64,000 nucleotides of DNA from an uncultured delta proteobacterium (lineage in GTDB: Bacteria > Myxococcota > Myxococcia > Myxococcales > Anaeromyxobacteraceae). Below the pieces are notes generated by a model. That model was given only the letters and a program-made list of their open reading frames with translations. It was not told where the DNA came from and did not search any database. Numbering within the stretch: position 1 is the first letter of the stretch; each line of letters begins with the position of its first letter. The translations under genes and the position numbers were made by a program. The stretch is taken from positions 513,074 to 577,073 of the forward strand of contig CAWFDF010000014.1 of assembly GCA_963814585.1 (NCBI GenBank). The letters are read 5' to 3'. Below are positions 44,970-58,666 of the stretch, one piece after another.

Positions 44970-46724
44970 GCAGGCCGGCGAGGGCGTCTGCGCGAGCGCC
45001 AGGCGGTACTCCTCCTTGAGGAACTCCGTCTGCGCGGGGTAGCCGAGGTGCTCCCAGGGCAGGGGCTCGTCGCCGCCGCGTTCGCGGGCGAGGGCGGCCT
45101 CGAAGTCGAGGCCGGCCTCGCCGCAGGCCTCAAGCCAGGGGGCGAGCGCGAACTGCTCGCTCCAGCCGTCGAAGCGCCGGCCCTTGAGCCAGGCGAGGTG
45201 GATGACCCGGCCGACGCGGCGGTCGCCGCGCGCGATCAGCCCCTCGAGCGCCGAGGTCTCCGGCAGGTGCCACTTGAAGGTCGCGCCGCACGCGCGCAGC
45301 TCCTCGCGCAGCCGGTTGTGGATCGGCCGCAGCTCAGCGGGGAGCATCTGCGGGACCCACTGGAAGGGGGTGTGCGGTTTGGGAACAAAGCTGGACACCG
45401 CGACGGTCACCGCGGGCTTGCGGCCCGTGACCTCGCGCCCGAGGCGGCGGATGCGCTTGACCAGGGCGGGGATGCCCGCGCGGTCCTCGTCCGTCTCGGT
45501 GGGCAGGCCGATCATGAAGTAGAGCTTGACGCTGCTCCAGCCCTGCGCGAAGAGGCGCCGGCAGGTCTCGAGGATCACCGCCTCGGTGATCCCCTTGCTG
45601 ATCACGTCGCGCATGCGCTGCGTGCCGGCCTCGGGGGCGATGGTGAACCCGGTGCGCTTGACCTTGCAGATTTCGCGCAGGATGCCGTCGGTGATCGTCC
45701 CGGGCCGCAGCGACGGCAGCGAGATCGAGACGCGGCGCTTTTCGTAGCGGCTCATCAGCTCGGCGATCAGCGTCTCGATGCGCCGGTGGTCGCCGCAGGA
45801 GAGCGCGGCGAGCGAGAGCTCGTCGTAACCGGTGGCGGCGAGCCCCGCGTCCGCCATCGCCAGGACCTGGCGCGTGCTGCGCTCGCGGTAGGGGCGATAC
45901 GTGGTGCCGGCCTGGCAGAAACGGCAGCGCTGGATGCAGCCGCGCGCTATTTCGATGGTGATCCGGTCGTGCGTGGTCTCCACGTACGGCACCGGCGGGC
46001 GCACCGGGAAGGGAGCGGCGTCGAGGTCGGCCAGCGTCCGCTTCCCGATGGGCAGCGGCGCACCGTCGCGCAGCGGTTTGATCGCGGCGAAGCGCCCCGC
46101 GGCGTCGTACTCGGCGCGGTAGAAGCGCGGCACGTAGATCCCCTCGATCAGCACCAGGCGGGCGAGCTGCTCCTCGCGCGTCAGCTTCCCGGCGCGTGCG
46201 TCGCGCATGACAGCCATGATCTCGAGGATCGCCTCCTCGCCGTCGCCGAGCAGAAAGCAGTCGAAGAAATCGGCAAGCGGCTCCGGGTTGAAGGCCCCCG
46301 GCCCGCCGCCGATGACGAGCGGGTGGCGCTCGTCGCGGTCGCGCGCGAGCAGCGGCAGGTGCGCCAGGTCGAGCATGGTCAGGATGTTCGTGGCGGTCAG
46401 CTCGTAGGGCAGCGTGAAGCCGAGGACGTCGAAGTGCGAGAGCGGCCGCCCCGACTCGAGCGCGGCCAGCGGCGTCCCCTCGCGGCGCAGCTGCTCCTCG
46501 CGGTCGAGCCAGGGGGCGAAGACGCGCTCGGCGAGGTACTCCTCGCGGGCGTTGACGATTTCGTAGAGGATCTTCAGGCCCTGGTGCGACATGCCGAGTT
46601 CGTACAGGTCGGGGAATGCCAGGGCGATACGCGCGGCGGCGCTCTCGAAGTCCTTGCGCACGGCGTTGACTTCGCCGTCGAGGTATTGGAGCGGGTTCTT
46701 GATCTGCAGCAGTTGATCCTTCAT
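44970..46724 (-). CDS. TIGR03960-type B12-binding-domain radical SAM protein, 3' truncated at the junction
   Basis: FPDLYELGMSHQG, ERVFAPW, NPEPLADF, EIARGCIQRCRFCQAG, APEAG, YFMIGLPTE, FVPKPHTPFQW. Confidence 0.9.
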
Positions 46725-47716
46725 CTGGTCCTCTTCCTCGGGGGGACAGATCGCGAATCCGTCCCCGGACCGTGGTCCGGGAGGAGCAATGCCAGCTCCG
46801 GGGGCGGCGGCGCGGTAATCTCCAGGGGCGTGCGCCGTGAAAGGGGCGTGAAGCGGATTTTCCAGGCGTGCAGCGCCAGGCGGTCGCGAAAGCCGTGCTT
46901 GACGCTCGCGCGATGATACGCGCTCTCGCGCCCGCCGCGGGGCGCGTAGATCGGGTCCCCGAGGATCGGGTGCAGCGCGTTCGCGAGGTGGACGCGCAGC
47001 TGGTGGGTCCGCCCGGTCTCGGGGTGAAGTTCCAGGACCGTCGAGTCCGCAAGCCGCCGCAGCACCTGCCACCGGGTGAGCGCGGCCCGGGGATAGCGGG
47101 TGCGCACGGAGATTTTCTGGCGGTCCTTCGTGTCGCGGCCGATGGCGGCGTCCCAGGTCCCTTCGTTCTCCTGCAGGATCCCCCAGGCGACGGCGAGGTA
47201 GGTTTTTTCGACCTCCCGTCCGGCGAACTGCTTGGCGAGGGCGCGGTGGGCGCGGTCGTTCTTGGCCACCAGGATCACCCCGGAGGTGCCCTTGTCGAGG
47301 CGGTGGACGATGCCGGGCCGCACCACGCCGCCGATGCCCGAGAGGTTGGGGATCGCGGCGAGCAACGCATTGACCAGCGTCCCCCCCGGGTGCCCGGGAG
47401 CGGGGTGCACGACCATGCCCGCGGGCTTGTTCACCGCGACGAAGTTCGCGTCCTCGTGCAGGATCTCGATCGGGATGTTCTCGGGAAGGGGCGTCGCGGG
47501 GATCGGCGGGGGCAGGGTCGCTTCGATGAGGTCACCGTCCCGCACGGCGAAGTGATTGGAGGTCACCGCACCGTTGACCGTGACCATCCCGGCGCCGATC
47601 AGGGACTGCCCCCGGCTGCGTGAGATATCAGGAACGAACCGCGGGATGAGCTGGTCGAGCCTCACTCCGGCGGTCTCGGCGTTCACCTGAAAATGGTAGG
47701 TCGTACCCTCAGTCAT
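46721..47716 (-). CDS. rluD: RluA/RluD family 23S rRNA pseudouridine synthase
   Basis: S4 domain [43 protein letters not shown]. Confidence 0.9.
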   Translation of the reverse strand: MTEGTTYHFQVNAETAGVRLDQLIPRFVPDISRSRGQSLIGAGMVTVNGAVTSNHFAVRDGDLIEATLPPPIPATPLPENIPIEILHEDANFVAVNKPAGMVVHPAPGHPGGTLVNALLAAIPNLSGIGGVVRPGIVHRLDKGTSGVILVAKNDRAHRALAKQFAGREVEKTYLAVAWGILQENEGTWDAAIGRDTKDRQKISVRTRYPRAALTRWQVLRRLADSTVLELHPETGRTHQLRVHLANALHPILGDPIYAPRGGRESAYHRASVKHGFRDRLALHAWKIRFTPLSRRTPLEITAPPPPELALLLPDHGPGTDSRSVPPRKRTR

Positions 47717-47858
47717 CAAGACCCTGAACACACACTATTGTTGTAGCGCAGGGCACACGGCACACCGCGCTCGCTCACAAGTTCTTGTCACCAGTGTATT
47801 TTTTCTGATCGGAACTGTCAATGAAGATCGGCGGGAGGTTCCGCCGGGGGCGTTCCGG

Positions 47859-47887
47859 TTGACAACGTCCGCACGGCTGACTAGACT
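47859..47887 (+). promoter_or_regulatory. Sigma70 promoter of tRNA-Leu
   Basis: TTGACA-N17-TAGACT, 11 nt before the tRNA. Confidence 0.75.
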
Positions 47888-47898
47888 ACGCCGCGAGT

Positions 47899-47983
47899 GC
47901 CGAAGTGGTGGAATTGGCAGACACGCCATCTTGAGGGGGTGGTGGAGAAATCCGTGGGGGTTCAAGTCCCCCCTTCGGCACCA
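47899..47983 (+). tRNA. tRNA-Leu (anticodon GAG)
   Basis: Acceptor GCCGAAG/CTTCGGC-A-CCA; anticodon arm CCATC-TTGAGGG-GGTGG; long variable arm; GGTTCAAGT T-loop. Confidence 0.97.
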
Positions 47984-47986
47984 GTA

Positions 47987-48117
47987 CCGTTACGGCCGCT
48001 GAAAAGCGGCGATCTGCTGCGTTGCCCTCCTTCCGACTCACTGCGGCGGGCACCAGCCCGCCTCATTCGCCGGTCGTCGGGCGCCTTGCATCTCACCACT
48101 TTTGAACAGCCTCTCCG
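47987..48117 (+). repeat. Structured ~130-bp MITE/REP-like repeat, copy 1
   Basis: Shares CTGCTGCGTTG..CTGCG..CGCCTC..CGCCTTGCAT blocks with 57375-57504 and the reverse complement of 63673-63806; imperfect terminal inverted repeats. Confidence 0.85.
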
Positions 48118-48196
48118 CGACGTGACGACCCATGAGCGGACTGATCCGCAGTATGGATCAGCTGTTGTTGACGGTACGTCGAACGACACCCAGCAT

Positions 48197-49378
48197 TTAT
48201 CGTAGAGCGCCGGGTCCGGATGTCAGGCTCCTCGCGAATTCCATTGTTTCGCGGGCGACGCGGTCCCAGTTGTAGTGGGTTTCAACGGCCCTGCGCGCGG
48301 CGGCGCCCATCGCGCTGCGGCGGTCGCGGTTGGTGAGCAGCAGGCGCACCGCGGCGGCCACCGCTGCCACGTCGGCGGGCGGCACGACCAGCCCGGTCTC
48401 GCCGTCGCGAACCGCCGAGCGCACGCCGCCCGAATCTCCGGCCACCGCGGGGACACCGCTGGCCGCGGCTTCGACGAAGGAGATGCCGAAACCTTCGGCG
48501 CCGACCTCGTCGTCGATGCGCGAGAGGCCGAGATAGAGGGTCGCCGTCGCGTAGGCTTCGGCGATCTCGCCGTCGCTGAGCCCGCCCGCGAAGATCACCC
48601 GATCCGCGAGTCCCAGCTCGCTTGCCAGCGTCTGCAGCCGCTTCCGGTCGCGTCCATCGCCGACCACCAGATAGCGCAGATCCGGGAAATCATGTCCGAG
48701 CCGCGCGAGGGCGCGCATCGCGATGTCCTGCCCCTTGTGCGGAACCAGGCGGGCCACCGTGAGCAGCAGCGGCGCATCGCCCAGGCCGAGACGCCGCCGC
48801 AGCGCGCCGCTGTCGCGATTCGGGGTGAAGAACCCCGGGTCGGTGCCCAGGTCGATTGCGGCCACGGGAATCGTCCGGGCGCCGAATCGAGCGACCGTGT
48901 CGCGGGCCAGATCGGCGGTCCAGCGCGAGTTGGCGACGATTCCCAATGACCGGGAAAAGAGGTGCCGGCCCGACCAGCGCCGCGCGGCCTGACGCACGAA
49001 GCGCAGCTCGCGCAGCAGGTCGCCGCCGTTGACGTAGATCAGGTAGGGGGTGCCGCTGAGCAGCGTGCCGAGCCCGACGGCGTAGCCGCAGGGTCGAATG
49101 TTCCCGAGGTGGACGAGTCCCCCGCCGTTTCGACACCAGCGGTCGATGCTCCGGGACCATCGCAGCTGATTGGAGAACAGTTTTGCCTCGGCGACGGTAC
49201 AAGGCTGACGCACGATCGCGTAGCCTTCCGCGCGGTCGAAATCCGGGGCCCCGGGACCGGCGGCAACCGTCGAGACGGTGACATCTTCAGGCGAGAAGCG
49301 CCGGCACAGCTCGACGTGACGCCGTGCCATCCCCCCGAGATCAGGGGGGAAGTCCTGCGTCACGAAGAGATGGCGCAT
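48197..49378 (-). CDS. GT4 family glycosyltransferase
   Basis: DFPPDLGG, TVARLVPHKGQD, EGFGISFVEAAA.G.P, GETG. Confidence 0.93.
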   Translation of the reverse strand: MRHLFVTQDFPPDLGGMARRHVELCRRFSPEDVTVSTVAAGPGAPDFDRAEGYAIVRQPCTVAEAKLFSNQLRWSRSIDRWCRNGGGLVHLGNIRPCGYAVGLGTLLSGTPYLIYVNGGDLLRELRFVRQAARRWSGRHLFSRSLGIVANSRWTADLARDTVARFGARTIPVAAIDLGTDPGFFTPNRDSGALRRRLGLGDAPLLLTVARLVPHKGQDIAMRALARLGHDFPDLRYLVVGDGRDRKRLQTLASELGLADRVIFAGGLSDGEIAEAYATATLYLGLSRIDDEVGAEGFGISFVEAAASGVPAVAGDSGGVRSAVRDGETGLVVPPADVAAVAAAVRLLLTNRDRRSAMGAAARRAVETHYNWDRVARETMEFARSLTSGPGALR

Positions 49379-49391
49379 TTGTCCGACAGCT

Positions 49392-51384
49392 TCACGCCCC
49401 CGTGCGGGCGACCCGGTTCTTCCCCGCGGCCTTCGCCGCGTAGAGCGCTGCATCGGCCGCGCGCACCAGGGCGTCGGGGTCGTCGGTGTCGACCGGGAAG
49501 CCGGCCACGCCGGCGCTCAGGGTCAGGCCCCCCGCCGCCGGCATCCCGGGGAGGTCATACCGGTGCGTCGCCACGGTTTCCCTGATGCGCCCGGCGAGCA
49601 GCAGCGCATCCTCGACACGCGTCTCGGGGGAGACGACGGCGAACTCGTCGCCCCCGTAGCGGGCAACCAGGTCGGTGTCGCGCGCCGCTTTCCGGATCAG
49701 CCGGGCGACCGCGGACAGCAGGGCATCCCCGGCAGGGTGCCCCTCGCGGTCGTTGTAGGGCTTGAAGTTGTCGAGGTCGATCATCGTCAGCGTGAACGCG
49801 GAGGCGTGTCGCCTGGCCCGCCCGGCTTCCTCGCGCAGGCGCGTCTCGAGGTAGCGGCGGTTGAACAGGCCGGTGAGCGAGTCCGTGACGGCTTGCTCGC
49901 GCAGCGCGCTCATCCGCCCGTGCAGGGCTGAGCTCTGGAGCGCCCAGGAGGCGTGCGCGGTAACCATGAGGACGGCGCTCAGGTCCTCGGCGTCGAAGGC
50001 CGCATCAGTGTCCTTGTCGGCGAGGTTGATCACGCCGATCACCCGGCCGCGAACCAGGAGCGGGACGACGATGCACGAGGCGGTGGTGTAGCGCGGGCGC
50101 GTCGGCCGCCGCAGGCGGGCGTCGTTCGCGAGGTTCTCGATCAGCAGCGGCCGGCCATTCGCGGCGACACGGCCCGCGATCCCGTCACCGGCCGCGACCG
50201 AGACCGCCTGAAGGACCGCGGTGTGCGTACCGTGCGCCTGCGGTCACCCGGAGCGTGCGGTGGGCGCGGTCGAACAGCATCAGCGAGGCCTCGCGCGCGC
50301 CGGCGAGCAGGACCGCCTCCTCGAAGACGGCTTCGAGAACATCCGCCCACGCGAGCAGGGGGGTGAGCCGCTCGCGGATGCGGTTGGAGCGCTCGAGCCC
50401 GCGGGTGCTCCGCGACAGCTGCTCGCGCAGCAGCGCGTTGCTGAGAGCGAGGGACGCCATGTGGCAAAACGCGGTGAGCAGCGAGGTTTCCGCGGCGCTC
50501 AGCGGGGTGTCGATCACGCAGAGAACCGCGAGGGCGCTCTCGCCGGCGAAGAGCGGGAAGACAACGAGGGAACCGGTCCCGGCGGGAAACCCCTGCCCGG
50601 AGATTCGCGCGCGGTCCGCGGTGCTGGCCGGCGCCCGCTCCCGGAGGGCGCGCTCGAGCAGCGGGCTGTCGGCGGGCAGCCCCGCCGCGGGGAGGAGGGC
50701 GGCCGGCGCGCCGAACGCCGTGCGCAGGCGATAGCGCCCGGTCGTCTCGTCGTGCACGAGGAGGCACGCGCGCCGCATGTCGAACAGGATCGAGGCGGCG
50801 TCCAGGATCATCGCGTGCACCTCGTGCGGGGCGCGTTCCCGCGCGAAGTCCGCCCCGATGGAGAGCAGTGAGGTGAGCAGCGCCGTGCGCGTGCGCTCCG
50901 TCGCCAGGTGACGATCGGCAGTGAAGAGCGCCTCGGCGGCGCGCGTTGCCAGTTCGGCGGCGCGGGCGAGCAGGCGCGGGTTGCCGAGGGCCAGGCCGCC
51001 GACGGCGCGGCGCACGGCGTCGGCGGGCAGATTCAGCGTCCGGGTCAGAGCTTCGATTTCGTCGACATCGGCGGCTCGCTCGAGGGTCCTCCCCCCGAGC
51101 AGCGAGCCGGCCGCGCGGCCCGCGACCCGCACCGGCGTCGCGAAGCACTGGAGCCCCGCGTGACAGCGGTAGAAGATCGTGCGATTCTCCCTGGTGGCCA
51201 GTTCGCGGTGGCGTCCGCACCACGATGCGCAGCGTCGCTTGCCCTCCGGGTCGGAGCCGACGAGCCGGCAGAGTTCGGGGACGCCGGTCGCGGCAAACTC
51301 TCTGCCCCCCGCGTCGAACGTCGACAGGGACAGCCCCGTGAGCCGGCCGAGGGACTCCTGAACCGGCCCCCAGTCTTTGGGCAT
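49392..51384 (-). CDS. PocR-GAF-GAF-GGDEF diguanylate cyclase (frameshift near 50240)
   Basis: PocR-like C..C..YRCHAGL; two GAF-like segments; TDSLTGLFNRR, IDLDNFK..ND..GH..GD, RDTD..ARYGGDEF. Confidence 0.85.
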
Positions 51385-51391
51385 GGGGCCT

Positions 51392-52005
51392 TTATGCAAG
51401 CGCGGCTCCGGGGTCCTGGCACGGCGCGATCTGCCGGCTGCCGGGCTTGATTGCCGGCAGCTTGCCCTCGCGGCAGAGCGGGCAGACCTCGGGCGCGTAA
51501 ATCGCCACCTTGAGCTGCAGCAGCGAGCGGAACGGGTAGGGGAAGCCGACGCCGCCGCTGCGGTCGACGATCGAGGCCAGGCCGACCACCTCGCCGCCGG
51601 CGGCGGTGACGGCGAACGCGGCTTCCAGGGTGGACTTGCCGGTGGTGACCACATCCTCGACGACGAGCACCCGCTCGCCGTCGGCGATCGTGAAACCGCG
51701 CCGCAGCCGCATGATCCCCTGCTCGCGCTCGGTGAAGATCGCGCGCACCCCGAGTGCCCGCCCGACCTCGTGGCCGATGACCACGCCGCCAAGGGCGGGC
51801 GAGACGACGAGTTGGGCGCCGAGAGGGCGGCAGAGGTCGGCAATCGCCCGGCCGACGCGCGCGGCGCGGCGCGGGTACTGCAGCAGCCGCGCGCACTGGA
51901 AGTAACGATCGCTGTGCAGTCCGGACGAGAGCAGGAAGTGCCCCTCGAGCAGTGCCTCGGTGCGTTTGAGCAGCCGCAGGACCCAGTCTGTCGGTGTCGT
52001 TGCGC

Positions 52006-52009
<4 letters not shown>
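51392..52009 (-). CDS. pyrE: Orotate phosphoribosyltransferase
   Basis: GHFLLSSGLHSDRYFQ, VVEDVVTTGKS, VDRSG. Confidence 0.95.
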
Positions 52010-52680
<671 letters not shown>

Positions 52681-52867
52681 CTCCGGGTGCCTGATCGTTT
52701 CGTTGTCCGGCGCGAACATCGCACGGATAACTGGGATAGCACACCACGAACGGACCTGAGGCTGATGGAAAGGGTCCGGTGCGCGCGCGACGGCGGTCCC
52801 TTCGGCCGTGCCGTCTACGCCGCCGACGCGTCACGCTGCCTGGGCCCTTTTCGGCGGCCGTAATGAG

Positions 52868-53395
52868 ATTAGTCGTGTAGCTCACCGTGCTCTCGCCGCG
52901 CTGGTGCTTCCACTGCGCGAGCTCGGCGGCTGATACTCGAGCGGAGAGGCTGATCACAAGGGCCCGGGTGAGGCAGCCCCCCGGCGAAGCGCTTGCATCA
53001 GGGTCGAGGAGGGCACTCCACCAGGTTCAAGTCGCCGCTCGGGGGTGGCCGCGATTTCCGCAGGTGATCTTCTCGGGGATCGCGCGGAGACGTGTACCAG
53101 ACCGTGAGCCCCGCAAAACGCTTTCACGAGCCCGGGCCGTAAGGTCCACGACAATCGTCCGAGGTTCTCGAGATTTCATCGCACGGTGATCTTGTCGGGG
53201 TCGCGCTGGAGCGTGTAGCCGCCGTGGGCCCCGCGGAAGATTTCACGAGACCCGCGGCCTTGAGGGGCATGACGATCTGTCCGAGGTATTTCTCGGAGAT
53301 CTCCTGGCTGCGGCTGACCTCCTGAGAAGATCGGACCCTTGCCGTGCTTGAGCGCGAGATCAAGCATCAGCCTCAGACCGTACCATTGACAATCG
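52868..53395 (-). CDS. Rrf2-family transcriptional regulator (CymR/IscR-like), heavily frameshifted; ends approximate
   Basis: Fragments in three frames: YGLRLMLDLA, SQEISEKYLGQI..PLKAAGLV, RGAHGGYTL..P.KITV. Confidence 0.75.
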
Positions 53396-53408
53396 GGTGA
53401 ATGAGTAG

Positions 53409-53453
53409 ATACTATTCAACCAATAGTATACGTATGAAAAGGGAAGTTGTCAA
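53409..53453 (-). promoter_or_regulatory. Sigma70 promoter of rrf2 overlapping a palindromic operator
   Basis: TTGACA-N17-TATACT (53453-53425) overlapping ATACTATT-N5-AATAGTAT (53409-53429). Confidence 0.7.
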
Positions 53454-53470
53454 AATCCTGGAGGAAGAGC

Positions 53471-54765
<1,295 letters not shown>

Positions 54766-54794
54766 GCGGGACGATGGAAACGGGAGGAATAGGC

Positions 54795-55757
<963 letters not shown>

Positions 55758-55765
55758 GGCCGGCA

Positions 55766-55780
55766 TGGCCCGACGATTGC
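55766..55780 (+). promoter_or_regulatory. Putative sigma54 (-24/-12) promoter
   Basis: TGGCCCG-ACGA-TTGC, versus consensus TGGCACG-N4-TTGC. Confidence 0.5.
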
Positions 55781-55864
55781 CGACCAGAGCGATGGCGGAG
55801 CGGATCACTGCCGTCAGACCGCGCCGCACGGTGGCGCGTCACGGCCTCGGGGCCGACCTCGACC

Positions 55865-56269
55865 GTGGCGCAGCGCGCGCGGCGTCGCCGGCCGGGTCTG
55901 CCGTCGGCCCGGGTGCTGGTGCTCGCCCGGCGCTCCCCGGGTGAGGAACTGGCGACCGCGCTCGACGATCTGGGTTTCCAGGCCGAGTGGACCGACAGCG
56001 GCGCCGGGGCGATCTGCGAGGCCGCCGCGGGGGATCTCGCGCTGTGCGTCATCGGCGTCGGCCGGCAGAGCGAGGGGGACCTGGACTACCTCTCCTGTCT
56101 GAATCAGGTCGACCCCTGGCTGCCCGTGATCGTCGTCAACGATCTCGACTCGCTCGAGACGCAGCGCAAGATCCGGAGCCACCGCGTCTTCTACTATCTG
56201 GTCGAGCCGCTGGACGGCGACGAGGTGCGGGCGGTCATCGACGCCGCGGCGCGCGAACGGGTGAAATAG
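55865..56269 (+). CDS. Stand-alone atypical (pseudo-)receiver domain protein
   Basis: CheY-like pattern RVLVL...LALCVIG...LPVIVV...FYYLVEP; acidic pocket, phospho-Asp and Lys are substituted. Confidence 0.6.
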   Translation: MAQRARRRRPGLPSARVLVLARRSPGEELATALDDLGFQAEWTDSGAGAICEAAAGDLALCVIGVGRQSEGDLDYLSCLNQVDPWLPVIVVNDLDSLETQRKIRSHRVFYYLVEPLDGDEVRAVIDAAARERVK

Positions 56270-56394
56270 CAGCGCGGTAGCCCAGCGGTCGCTCGTTCCA
56301 CCGCGAGTTTGCTCGTAGCAACCTGCTAGAATTGGCACACCGCAGGCTGTGGCGGTCGGGCATGCCGTCTTCGCCCGGGAAAGGGACGCGTGAG

Positions 56395-57375
56395 ATGACC
56401 GAGCGGCGACGTGACGGCGCGGCGCACGAGTGCGCCGGGATCGAGCCGGCGACGGCGCAGTCGCGGGCCTGCGCCCGCTGCGTCGAACCGGCCGCGATGC
56501 TCATCGAGTCGTACCGGCGGGTCGGGAGCATCAACCACCTCGAGGGGAAGAACCTCCCCTCGAAGCGCGCGGTCGGGGTCATCGCGCGCGATCTGCTGCG
56601 CCTGCTCTTCCCGGGCTTCTTCGACGAGCGCCTGCCCCACGCCGACGAACTCGAGGGCCAGGTCGCCGTCCTGCTGCACTCGGTCTGTCAGCGCCTGCGC
56701 GACGAGATCACCAAGAGCCTGCGCTGCTCGCCCGCCTGCCCGGCGCTCCCGGAGGTGCCGAGTCTCGCCGGCGTCATCACCGCCGAGTTCCTGCGCGCGA
56801 TCCCGGGGGTGCGCGAGGTGCTGCAGACCGACATCGAGGCGGCCTTCCAGGGGGACCCGGCCTCCGCCGCGATCGACGAGGTCATCCTCGCCTACCCCTT
56901 CGTCGAGGCGGTCGCGATCCAGCGGCTGGCCCACATTCTCTACATCAAGGGCGTCCCGCTGGTGCCGCGCATCATGACCGAGTACGCGCACTCGCGCACC
57001 GGCATCGACATCCACCCGGGCGCCGAGATCGGCTCGCACTTCTACATCGACCACGGCACGGGCACCGTCATCGGCGAGACGTCGCGGATCGGCAACCACG
57101 TCAAGATCTACCAGAGCGTCGGGCTGATCGCGCGGTCGCTCTCGGGGGGGCGAACGCTCCACGGCAAGCGCCGGCACCCGACGCTCGAGGATCACGTGAC
57201 GGTGTACGCGGGCGCCACCATCATGGGCGGCGACACCGTCGTCGGCGCGGGCAGCACGATCGGGGCGAGCGTCTTTCTCAACCGCAGCGTCCCCGCCAAC
57301 TCGCTCGTCATCAACGAGGAGGCGCGGATCATCGTGCTGCAGAAGCGCTCCGACCTCGCCGACTACCAGATCTGA
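56395..57375 (+). CDS. cysE: Serine O-acetyltransferase (long EpsC-type)
   Basis: LLFPGFF, GDPA..EVILAYP, RLAH.LY, TGIDIHPGA.IG..FYIDHGTG, KRHPT. Confidence 0.92.
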   Translation: MTERRRDGAAHECAGIEPATAQSRACARCVEPAAMLIESYRRVGSINHLEGKNLPSKRAVGVIARDLLRLLFPGFFDERLPHADELEGQVAVLLHSVCQRLRDEITKSLRCSPACPALPEVPSLAGVITAEFLRAIPGVREVLQTDIEAAFQGDPASAAIDEVILAYPFVEAVAIQRLAHILYIKGVPLVPRIMTEYAHSRTGIDIHPGAEIGSHFYIDHGTGTVIGETSRIGNHVKIYQSVGLIARSLSGGRTLHGKRRHPTLEDHVTVYAGATIMGGDTVVGAGSTIGASVFLNRSVPANSLVINEEARIIVLQKRSDLADYQI

Positions 57376-57504
57376 AGCAGGACGCCGATAAGGGCCCGTC
57401 TGCTGCGTTGGGCTTCGCCCTTCGTCACTGCGGCGTACTGCTCGTACGCCTCATTCCTCAGGGCTCGCCCGCCTTGCATACGGACCCTTCTCGACGCCCT
57501 GCTT
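57375..57504 (+). repeat. Structured ~130-bp MITE/REP-like repeat, copy 2 (between convergent genes)
   Basis: 25-bp terminal inverted repeat with 4 mismatches (AAGCAGGACGCCGATAAGGGCCCGT); inner GGCGTAC/GTACGCC hairpin. Confidence 0.85.
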
Positions 57505-58666
57505 CGCGCAGACCTCCGGGTTGATCACGTCGCCGATGAGGCGGTCGAGATCCGCGATCAGGTCGTCCGGGTCTTCCAGGCCGACCGAGAGGCGCACGAG
57601 GTTGTCGCTGATCCCGCGCGCCGCGCGCTCGGCCGGCGGCATCGCGGCGTGGGACATGCGCGCCGGCCAGGAGAGGATGCTCTCGACGCCGCCGAGGCTC
57701 ACGGCGAAGGCCGCCAGCTCGACGCCCTCCAGCAGCCGGCGCGTCAGGGCCTCGGAGGCCAGTTCGAACGAGAGCACCGCGCCCGGCCCGTCGGCCTGGC
57801 GGAGCGTGGATGTCGGCGCCCGGGTGCCCGGGCAGCCCCGGGTAGTGGACGCGCACGACTTGCGGCTGCGCCGCGAGCCAGGCGGCGATCCGACTCGGCC
57901 CCGCGCTGGCTCTCGTCCATCCGGACCTTGAGGGTCTTGAGCCCGCGCAGCGTCAGCCAGCAGTCCTGGGGCCCGAGAATCGCGCCGAAGGCGTTCTGGA
58001 TGGAGCGCAGGCGTTGTCCCAGCGCGGCGTCGGCGGCCACGGCGAAGCCGCAGACCACGTCGCTGTGGCCGTTGAGGAACTTGGTGCCGCTGTGCAGCAC
58101 GATGTCGCAGCCCAGTTCCAGCGGGCGCTGCAGGTACGGGGTCATGAAGGTGTTGTCGACGAGCGTGATCAGGCCGCGCTCGCGCGCCAGCGCCGCCGCG
58201 CCGCGCAGGTCGGTGATCTTCAGCAGCGGGTTGGAGGGGGTCTCCAGGTAGATCGCCTTCGTCTCCGGCGTGATCGCCGCCTCGATGGCCGCCAGGTCGG
58301 TGGCGTCGACGAAGGTGACCGTCGAGCCCCCACCGGGTGAAGACGTGGTGAGCGATCCGGAAGGCGCCGCCGTAGACATCCTCGCAGACCACGAGGTGAT
58401 CGCCGGGGGCGAAGAGCAGCAGCGTCGAGGAGATCGCCGCCATCCCCGAGGCGAAGGCGCAGGCGACCGCGCCGCCCTCGAGCGCGGCGATCGTGTCCTC
58501 GAGCGCCTCGCGCGTCGGGTTGCCCGAGCGGGCGTAGTCGTACTTGCCGAAGTGGTCGACCGACTTCTGCGCGAAGGTCGAGGTGTGGTAGACCGGGACC
58601 GAGAGCGCGCCGGTCGCCGGGTCGACGGCGTGCGCGCCGTGGATGAGTGCGGGTGGCGAACTTCAT
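57451..58666 (-). CDS. Cys/Met PLP transsulfuration enzyme (cystathionine beta-lyase/gamma-lyase-like; frameshifted, 3' end uncertain)
   Basis: YARSGNPTR, FASGMAAI, ETPSNP, DNTFMTP, HSGTKFLNGHSD, AVSLGGVES, RLSVGLE. Confidence 0.88.

Noticed and set aside
47960..47990. tRNA-Leu as an integration site (att)
   Set aside because: I found no duplicated tRNA 3' end and no integrase in the window.
53400..53470. SAM riboswitch or T-box upstream of metY
   Set aside because: The gap is too short and lacks the conserved motifs; a protein operator explains it better.
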